This document shows positions 58,175 through 64,000 of a DNA stretch of 64,000 nt, piece after piece. The DNA is from an uncultured Candidatus Saccharibacteria bacterium (GTDB taxonomy: Bacteria > Patescibacteriota > Minisyncoccia > Phycocordibacterales > JAKFXT01), in the NCBI GenBank assembly GCA_964541455.1, contig CAZIPS010000003.1, positions 2,663 through 66,662 of the forward strand, in the 5' to 3' direction. How positions within the stretch are numbered: position 1 is the stretch's first letter; each line of letters begins with the position of its first letter. A model generated the notes under the pieces. That model was not told the origin of the DNA. It was given only the letters and a program-made list of their open reading frames with translations, and searched no databases. The position numbers were made by a program, and so were the translations under genes.

Positions 58175-58630
58175 TTAAATGCCCAACCACTCAGCGAGCA
58201 TATAAGTGAGAGGTTCGTGGTGGGGGACTTCTTTAAGTTTGTGGATGAGTACTTCTTTTATATTGTCCCCGTTGTACTTTCGTATCGGAATAACCATAAG
58301 GGAGCCGAAAAATTTCTTTGGAGCCAAGATAAGTTTGTCTTCATGGTGCTGTTTATGGATGAAAAAGGATTCAAGTTCTTCGTAATGGTAAAAATCATCT
58401 CCAACTCCCACTCCTCTTTCGTTAATGGTGTAGAGCACTTCTTTAGGGAGGCGCACTGCAAAGAGGCCGATACTAATAGCACCTAAGATAAGAATAGCTG
58501 CAAGAAGGACATTGCTAAAATAAATAGAAACTCCCGCACTTATAAGGGTAATAAGTCCAAGTCCCCAAAACCAATCAACTGTTTTTGGTCGATGTGCGTA
58601 TTCGTATTCACTCCAACTAAGTTCCTCCAT
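58175..58630 (-). CDS. Two-TM hypothetical protein
   Basis: LSWSEYEY..RPKTVDWFW, two TMs, small C-terminal beta domain. Confidence 0.8.
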   Translation of the reverse strand: MEELSWSEYEYAHRPKTVDWFWGLGLITLISAGVSIYFSNVLLAAILILGAISIGLFAVRLPKEVLYTINERGVGVGDDFYHYEELESFFIHKQHHEDKLILAPKKFFGSLMVIPIRKYNGDNIKEVLIHKLKEVPHHEPLTYMLAEWLGI

Positions 58631-58672
58631 GGAATTAGTGTAGCATGGGAAAGAATTATTTTATGGTAAGCG
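58629..58672 (+). repeat. 44-bp direct repeat, copy A
   Basis: ATGGAATTAGTGTAGCATGGGAAAGAATTATTTTATGGTAAGCG, identical to 59503-59546. Confidence 0.95.
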
Positions 58673-59477
58673 AAACAGTAAGCGTTGTTTCGGGAAGAAT
58701 GTGACCCTCTGCGTCACGTAGAGAAACGAGCACCCTATATAATTGACCGGGCGCGTATGTTCCTGAGGATGTGTAACTATTAGGCTCGGTGTATGACCAT
58801 TTTCCATTTTTTACTTCTACGTCTTTGGAACTTAGGTTCACCCAATCACCTTCTTTTGCGGCGTTATAGGATTGGATGGTAACTGAAACTGTGTGGACCG
58901 AAGGGGCAGCGCTTCCTGTTATAGTTGGAATAGCTGAGGATGAGACAAGAGATGCTTTGTCGATAATTATAAATTGAGCCTTTACGGTTAATTTTGTTGA
59001 GGCCAAAAGCGACCCATCTTCTTCATTATAAAGGGCGACAGTGTATATACCCGGTTCAAGGATGACAGCACCACTCGGAGCTACAATGCCTGCATACCAG
59101 CGGCCATTTTTGATAGTAATCCCACCAGCGCCACTTGATTCACCGAGAGCGTAGTTCGGCATAGAGTCAGGACCAATTCTTTTTTGTGGTGGGGTTACTT
59201 CGCCCTTACCAACAAGGATAGAGACGGATGAGACTCCGCTAGGCATTGCCCCCTCAAGCGCTGCGTTTTGTGTGAGAATTAGGGTATCTTTTATTAAAGA
59301 AGTATCACTGTTTGTATTAGAAGGGGACTGTGTATTTTCTGCAAATAAACCACTATCTTGTTCAGCTGTTTGAACGGTTTTTTGGCTTAAGGTTACGTTT
59401 GTTTGATTAAGGCTCCACCATCTATATGTAAAAAGTGCTATTAAAAGAGCAACGCTTATCAAAATAGTCTTTTTCAT
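58656..59477 (-). CDS. Secreted/anchored Ig-like hypothetical protein
   Basis: MKKTILISVALL signal; two related beta units (ITIKNGRWY / VEVKNGKWSY). Confidence 0.8.
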   Translation of the reverse strand: MKKTILISVALLIALFTYRWWSLNQTNVTLSQKTVQTAEQDSGLFAENTQSPSNTNSDTSLIKDTLILTQNAALEGAMPSGVSSVSILVGKGEVTPPQKRIGPDSMPNYALGESSGAGGITIKNGRWYAGIVAPSGAVILEPGIYTVALYNEEDGSLLASTKLTVKAQFIIIDKASLVSSSAIPTITGSAAPSVHTVSVTIQSYNAAKEGDWVNLSSKDVEVKNGKWSYTEPNSYTSSGTYAPGQLYRVLVSLRDAEGHILPETTLTVSLTIK

Positions 59478-59502
59478 ATGTTACTTAAAGTTAATGCTAC
59501 CG

Positions 59503-59546
59503 ATGGAATTAGTGTAGCATGGGAAAGAATTATTTTATGGTAAGCG
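59503..59546 (+). repeat. 44-bp direct repeat, copy B (contains a paralog 3'-end remnant)
   Basis: Identical to 58629-58672; minus-strand frame reads ...DLTTLTSPLTIK*. Confidence 0.95.
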
Positions 59547-59572
59547 GTGAAGTGAGTGTTGTTAGATCACAA

Positions 59573-59585
59573 AGCGGAGGCGGTG
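59573..59585 (+). repeat. Duplicated tRNA-Ser 3' end (att-like, 13 bp)
   Basis: AGCGGAGGCGGTG at both 59573-59585 and 59603-59615. Confidence 0.75.
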
Positions 59586-59604
59586 GGTCAACTAAGTCTT
59601 ACAG

Positions 59605-59689
59605 CGGAGGCGGTGAGATTCGAACTCACGGTACCTTTCAGCACTCCTGTTTTCAAGACAGGTGCGATAGACCACTCTGCCACGCCTCC
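59605..59689 (-). tRNA. tRNA-Ser(TGA)
   Basis: GGAGGCG/CGCCTCC-G73; CCTGT-CT-TGA-AA-ACAGG; long variable arm; GTTCGAATC. Confidence 0.95.
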
Positions 59690-59846
59690 GCTCTAATACT
59701 TAGTTTTTAAATGAACTCACGTTTCGTTACACGAACGGTAGACCTTATGTATGTGTGGATACTACACCCACCAACTTACACTAAAAGTAGATTATTCTCA
59801 ACTACTTTCTTTTTCTAACGTATCGCTATAAGCTGGGGTGTATACG

Positions 59847-60227
59847 ATGAAAATCCTTGGAGTAGATTATGGGAAAAAGCGCGTGGGGATCGCACTTTCT
59901 GATGGAGAAGGTTCTTTTGCCTTTCCCAAAATGGTCCTATCAGAAAGTCCCCATCTCGCCAAAGAGATAGGAGAGTTAGCAAAACGCGAAGGGGTGAATA
60001 CTATTGTGATTGGTGAGTCAAAGGACTACGGGGGAAGAGAAAACCCACTACTTAAAGATATCCACCTCCTTGAACGAGTACTTATGGATGATGGGTTTAC
60101 AGTAGTGCTTGAGCCAGAGTACGGGAGCTCTCACGAAGCAGCACGTTTTCAGGGGAAAGGACCACTTCACGATGCGTCAGCGGCGGCGATAATTTTACAA
60201 AGGTATTTAGATAAACAAACGAGATAA
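59847..60227 (+). CDS. yqgF: YqgF/RuvX family nuclease
   Basis: MKILGVDYGKKRVGIALSD, DASAAAIILQRYLD. Confidence 0.92.
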   Translation: MKILGVDYGKKRVGIALSDGEGSFAFPKMVLSESPHLAKEIGELAKREGVNTIVIGESKDYGGRENPLLKDIHLLERVLMDDGFTVVLEPEYGSSHEAARFQGKGPLHDASAAAIILQRYLDKQTR

Positions 60228-60234
60228 AAAATAT

Positions 60235-60561
60235 ATGATTTCGATTGATGATTTTGCAAAAGTAGAAATAAGGATTGGGGAGATAGTAAGCGCCGAACCG
60301 ATAGAGGGCTCGGAAAAGCTACTAAAGTTAAAGGTTAATTTTGGAGAAGAAGGAGAACGCCAGATACTTTCTGGTATCGCTAAGTACAAAACACCAGAAG
60401 AGCTCGTTGGAGTGAAATGTCCTTTTATTGTAAATCTGGAGCCTCGCATGATGATGGGGCTTGAAAGTCAGGGAATGATCATGGCAGCTTCAACTGATGA
60501 TGGGGTATTTACCTTGCTTGAGGCAAATAAGGCAATTCCTGCTGGAACAAAAGTAAAATAA
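60235..60561 (+). CDS. Stand-alone tRNA-binding OB-fold protein (MetG C-terminal/Trbp111-like)
   Basis: ISIDDFAKVEIRIG, RQILSGI, VNLEPR..MGLESQGMI. Confidence 0.92.
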   Translation: MISIDDFAKVEIRIGEIVSAEPIEGSEKLLKLKVNFGEEGERQILSGIAKYKTPEELVGVKCPFIVNLEPRMMMGLESQGMIMAASTDDGVFTLLEANKAIPAGTKVK

Positions 60562-60642
60562 GAAAAGTAATCCTCACCTTTTGCTATAAAAAGTGGGGGA
60601 GCGTAGCGTATACTGTAGGAGAAACAAACGTTTTTTAACTGT

Positions 60643-61764
60643 ATGGCTTTTGGCTATTCTGCACATTCTAAAATGCATTCTGAAAAACCCTTTTTCAGAG
60701 TTTTCCCGCCGCCAGAAATTATGCTCATGCCATCAGTCGGGCTTGATATTTCTGACCATACAGCTCGTTTTATAGAGCTCAAAACAAAAGCTGGCAAAAT
60801 AGAGATAGGGCGCCATGGGGAGAAGACTATTCCTGACAGCACACTTTCACTTGGAGAAATAAAAGACGCTGCAGCACTTAAAACAGCGCTAAGTGCGCTT
60901 GCAAAAGAGAATGATCTTTCTTTTGTGCGCATGTCTCTTCCTGAAGAGAAGGCATATTTGTTCCGTACCGAAGTGCCACTACTTTCTCCAGAGGAAACAA
61001 AAGAAAATATCGCTTTTCAACTCGAAGAGCATGTACCTATTGGGGCAGGGGATGCAGTGTTTGATTATGTTGTGGCGAATCCGCTTTTTGGCAAAATTGG
61101 TGGTGCTATGCGCGAGGTAGTAGTGTCAGTATTTCCGCGTGAGTTTATAGAAGGGTATGTTGATGTTCTGGCAGGAGCGGGACTTACCCCTCTTTCTTTT
61201 GAAATGGAGGCTTCAGCTATCGCTCGCTCTTTAGTTCCTGTGAATAATCTAAAGACGTATATGATCGTCGACTTCGGATATAAACGAACAGGGATCATTA
61301 TTGTGAGTAGAGGAGCGGTGCACCTTTCAACGACGGTAGATATTGGAGGCGAAGCTCTCACCGAGGCGATCGAAAAGAAACTTTCTATAACAAGGGACGA
61401 GGCAGAAGCTTTGAAAAGAGAAGGGGCTTTTTCACGCAATGGACGTTATCGAGAAATGTTCCCACTTTTGCTCGATGCGATTACTTCACTTAAAGATCAG
61501 GTTAATAAACTGTTTGTGTACTGGCATAATCATCCCGATAAAAAAGACGCAACACCGCCGCCTATTGAGCGTATTATTCTCACGGGAGGTGACGCCAACC
61601 TTGAGGGGCTTTCGGATCATTTTGCATTAGCCATGCGTGTACCAGCTGAAGTGGGCAATGTTTGGAGTAATATTTTGCGCACTAACGAGGAAGTACCTTC
61701 TATTTCATTCTCCGAATCACTTTCATACGCGGTAGCTATTGGGCTTGCAATGCGTGACCTGTAA
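60643..61764 (+). CDS. pilM: Type IV pilus assembly protein PilM
   Basis: VGLDISD, MIVDFG, ILTGGDANL, YAVAIGLAMR (actin-like fold). Confidence 0.9.
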   Translation: MAFGYSAHSKMHSEKPFFRVFPPPEIMLMPSVGLDISDHTARFIELKTKAGKIEIGRHGEKTIPDSTLSLGEIKDAAALKTALSALAKENDLSFVRMSLPEEKAYLFRTEVPLLSPEETKENIAFQLEEHVPIGAGDAVFDYVVANPLFGKIGGAMREVVVSVFPREFIEGYVDVLAGAGLTPLSFEMEASAIARSLVPVNNLKTYMIVDFGYKRTGIIIVSRGAVHLSTTVDIGGEALTEAIEKKLSITRDEAEALKREGAFSRNGRYREMFPLLLDAITSLKDQVNKLFVYWHNHPDKKDATPPPIERIILTGGDANLEGLSDHFALAMRVPAEVGNVWSNILRTNEEVPSISFSESLSYAVAIGLAMRDL

Positions 61765-61767
61765 TCT

Positions 61768-62295
61768 ATGTATAACCTTCTTCCAGAGCAACAAAAAGGG
61801 GAACTTAAAAGCGAGTATCGGTTTCGTGTAGCAGTTGTTGCGCTGCGCTTTCTGATACTTATCGTTTTTATCGCTGGAGCACTACTCACCCCGTCGTTTG
61901 TATTGCTCTATAGCAAGCGGAGCGATCTCGAAAATCAGATTGCAAGTAGCCAAAATCTCGAACAAGAAGCAAAAAAGACAGAAACAAGTGATAGCACCAA
62001 ACAGCTTGATGAAGAAATTTCAGTATTAAAAAATGTCGATACTAAAACGCATGGGGAAGAGCTTTTGCTTACAGTGATAAATGCCAAACCAAAGAATATT
62101 AGGCTTAACAAAACCGTGTTTACGATGAATGGTGCTTCTTCAACAGTAGTAGTGGAGGGGGTTGCAAAATCAGTTGATGATCTACTAGCCCTTAAAAAGG
62201 TACTTCTCACCATCCCCCCCTTTAAAACAGCGCAATTTCCAGTTGAGCTTCTCACTAAACATAGTGATATCCCCTTTGCTATGACACTGCAGTAA
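61768..62295 (+). CDS. pilN: PilN-like protein
   Basis: N-terminal NLLP motif, TM, coiled coil; follows pilM. Confidence 0.8.
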   Translation: MYNLLPEQQKGELKSEYRFRVAVVALRFLILIVFIAGALLTPSFVLLYSKRSDLENQIASSQNLEQEAKKTETSDSTKQLDEEISVLKNVDTKTHGEELLLTVINAKPKNIRLNKTVFTMNGASSTVVVEGVAKSVDDLLALKKVLLTIPPFKTAQFPVELLTKHSDIPFAMTLQ

Positions 62296-62298
62296 TAT

Positions 62299-62841
62299 AT
62301 GGAACTATTTAAACGAACAAAACGTAAGCTAGTTATTACAGGGGTGACCGCAGTCCTTTTCTGTGGAGCTTTTGCACTTGTGGTGTATTACTTTACTACG
62401 GTGATGAGTGAGGTGGGTGATTTGGAAACTAAAGTTGAGCAAGCGAAGCAAGATGAAGAACAGTTGGTGCTTGTAAAGAAAACACTTCAGGACGTCGAAG
62501 GGAATAAGGACCTCCTCGATGCATTATTCATCACTGCTGATAACGAAGCAGACTTTGTTAAATCCATCGAAGGGTTAGCAAGTAGTACCAATGTAAGTTT
62601 AGATATCACCTCACTTCGCCATGATCCAGGGCCAGCAAAGACAAGGTTTGAGTATGTGGCTATGCAAGGAAATGTTGAAGGCTCTATAGAGCAGGTATAT
62701 CATTTTATGCATCTGCTCGGACGTTTTGGAAAAGCGCTTGAGATAAAGCAATTGCAGTTTGAAGTAATGCCGAATGATACAAAAAAGAAAGAAAATAAAT
62801 GGCGCGGCACCTTTGGCGTGAGGAGTCTAAAAATAAAATAA
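62299..62841 (+). CDS. pilO: PilO-like protein
   Basis: TM, coiled coil, EGSIEQVYHFMHLL; pilMNO synteny. Confidence 0.7.
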   Translation: MELFKRTKRKLVITGVTAVLFCGAFALVVYYFTTVMSEVGDLETKVEQAKQDEEQLVLVKKTLQDVEGNKDLLDALFITADNEADFVKSIEGLASSTNVSLDITSLRHDPGPAKTRFEYVAMQGNVEGSIEQVYHFMHLLGRFGKALEIKQLQFEVMPNDTKKKENKWRGTFGVRSLKIK

Positions 62842-62843
62842 TT

Positions 62844-63176
62844 ATGGGAGCCTATATCGAAAAAATAAAAAAGATACTAAAGAGGGAAAAGAGGGTAGAG
62901 GAGAAAAAGCCTTCACGAAACCCCTATCGAGACTGGGCGATTATTTTTGTAAGTAGCGTGACCGTATGCCTCCTTCTTATGGGCGGAGCGGTGTATGTTT
63001 TCTTTGGTATACGAACTGGTGCTCTCCCCGGAGCAGATGATGTTAAGAGGGCAGTTACAGAAAAAAAGTTTAACGAAAAAAATCTCACTCATATGGTAGA
63101 ACTTTTCAAAAAAAGAGCCGAGGAATATGAGGCGTTTAAAACTGAAAAGGTGCAGATTGCTGATCCTTCGCTCTAA
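62844..63176 (+). CDS. Single-TM hypothetical protein in the pil operon
   Basis: ATG 62844 directly after the pilO stop; one TM; C-terminal DPS. Confidence 0.7.
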   Translation: MGAYIEKIKKILKREKRVEEKKPSRNPYRDWAIIFVSSVTVCLLLMGGAVYVFFGIRTGALPGADDVKRAVTEKKFNEKNLTHMVELFKKRAEEYEAFKTEKVQIADPSL

Positions 63177-63206
63177 TGGTAGCCTAACAACGTTAAGGAT
63201 ATATTC

Positions 63207-63281
63207 CTCCCCGTAGTTCAATGGATAGAACAGGAGACTTCTAAGCTTCTGATCGTGGTTCGATTCCACGCGGGGGGACCA
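63207..63281 (+). tRNA. tRNA-Arg(TCT)
   Basis: CTCCCCG/CGGGGGG acceptor stem; CT-TCT-AA loop; GGTTCGATTCC; CCA encoded. Confidence 0.92.
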
Positions 63282-63419
63282 TACAAGAAAAAACAGTGCC
63301 TGCGCACTGTTTTTTCTTGTATGGTCCGGCCGCAGCTATATTTTGCTAGCGAGCAAAATTGTGCGAGGCGGGGTCGCGAAAAAAGCGAGTGGCGACGAGC
63401 TTTTATTCGTGACACAGAG
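63282..63419 (+). repeat. tRNA-associated structured trailer, copy 4
   Basis: 24-bp perfect palindrome with CTGC loop that includes the tRNA CCA; TTTTGCT/AGCAAAA; GAGGCGGGGTCGCGAA...TTCGTGAC. Confidence 0.8.
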
Positions 63420-63510
63420 AAGTAAAGAAACAAAGCGTCCACGCGGAACATTGCAAGCGACGGCGCGCAATGTATCTGTGACACAGAGTGGGGGGGTTCA
63501 CAGAGATAGT

Positions 63511-63531
63511 AAAAAACCGCCCGAAGGCGGT
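63511..63531 (-). terminator. Intrinsic terminator for the minus-strand orphan gene
   Basis: Minus strand ACCGCC-ttcg-GGCGGTTTTTT. Confidence 0.7.
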
Positions 63532-63546
63532 CGGTGAGTGGAGGGG

Positions 63547-63747
63547 TTATTCTCGAAATTCCCTCCACCAGATGATGGTCCAGGCGAGGCTTCCTATGAC
63601 GAAAGCCCCGGCGCTTATTGAAAGGAACCATACAAGTTCAGCTCCTTTGGGGGCAAGGATGCTGCCTGCCAAAAGCCCCAGAAAAAGGGAAAGCACAATG
63701 GCCGAGACGTACGGGCCCCACGCTTCCCCACGAATTATGTGTCTCAT
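63547..63747 (-). CDS. Small two-TM orphan membrane protein
   Basis: GGAGG SD before ATG 63747; TTGACT-16-TATGCT promoter (63801-63774); own terminator. Confidence 0.6.
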   Translation of the reverse strand: MRHIIRGEAWGPYVSAIVLSLFLGLLAGSILAPKGAELVWFLSISAGAFVIGSLAWTIIWWREFRE

Positions 63748-63833
63748 ACAGGTCCTCCATATTGTCTTCGGGCAGCATACTCTTTCTATCTGTCTAGTCA
63801 AACAAAAGCCAAGGAAATTGCTATAATTCCCTT

Positions 63834-64000
63834 ATGTCTAAAGTTACTCGTGTTTTATCTATTCTTGCTGGTATCATCCTCATCTGCCTCTTTTTAGGTA
63901 TTACCTTTGGAAGGGCGAAGTTAATGGAGGGGCTTGTAACGCTCGCGCTCATCTATCTTTCGGTGCTTGTGTGGCGCACCAAACAAAAACTTTGGCTTGC
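63834..64000 (+). CDS. Membrane protein (5' part; runs off the window end)
   Basis: MSKVTRVLSILAGIILICLFLGITFG...; TATAAT just upstream. Confidence 0.55.
   Translation, partial: MSKVTRVLSILAGIILICLFLGITFGRAKLMEGLVTLALIYLSVLVWRTKQKLWL

Noticed and set aside
63218-63826. ORFs 63218-63631, 63343-63537 and 63488-63826
   Set aside because: They overlap tRNA-Arg(TCT), its structured trailer, or the better supported minus-strand gene.
1-64000. CRISPR array or cas genes
   Set aside because: No regularly spaced repeat-spacer structure was seen. The repeats found are two-copy direct repeats or dispersed tRNA trailers.
1-64000. Alternative genetic code (UGA recoding as in Gracilibacteria/Absconditabacteria)
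   Set aside because: Conserved genes are full length under table 11, and rsmA ends at a TGA in the expected place.

Overview
This is a 64-kb chromosomal segment of a bacterium using translation table 11. It is most likely Patescibacteria/CPR (Parcubacteria-like); this is inferred from gene content, not from a marker search. The window spans the probable replication origin (jag-yidC-rnpA-rpmH <> dnaA-oriC-dnaN). It holds housekeeping genes (xth, xerC/D, rpsO, pnp, comM, pcrA, rsmA, PBP1A, tyrS, ruvA/B/C, polA, mutM, murE, rpsT, yqgF), type IV pilus genes (pilB, pilMNO), a 13-kb VirB4/PrgI/VirB6/pilin secretion-like locus and five tRNAs. Five observations stand out. (1) A family of structured ~130-150 nt trailers is fused to the 3' ends of four tRNA genes; each has a CTGC-loop hairpin and a stem that captures the tRNA's own 3' end, and three share a GAGnYGnGGTC...GTGAC helix. 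(2) A free-standing ~330-nt highly structured ncRNA candidate has its own sigma70 promoter and terminator (43133-43500). (3) Several orphan genes, each with a Shine-Dalgarno site and terminator, are scattered among core genes that appear leaderless. (4) A 44-bp direct repeat, a paralog remnant and an att-like scar lie next to tRNA-Ser. (5) One tRNA-Arg has the rare GCG anticodon. All calls come from reading the sequence; no database searches were run.
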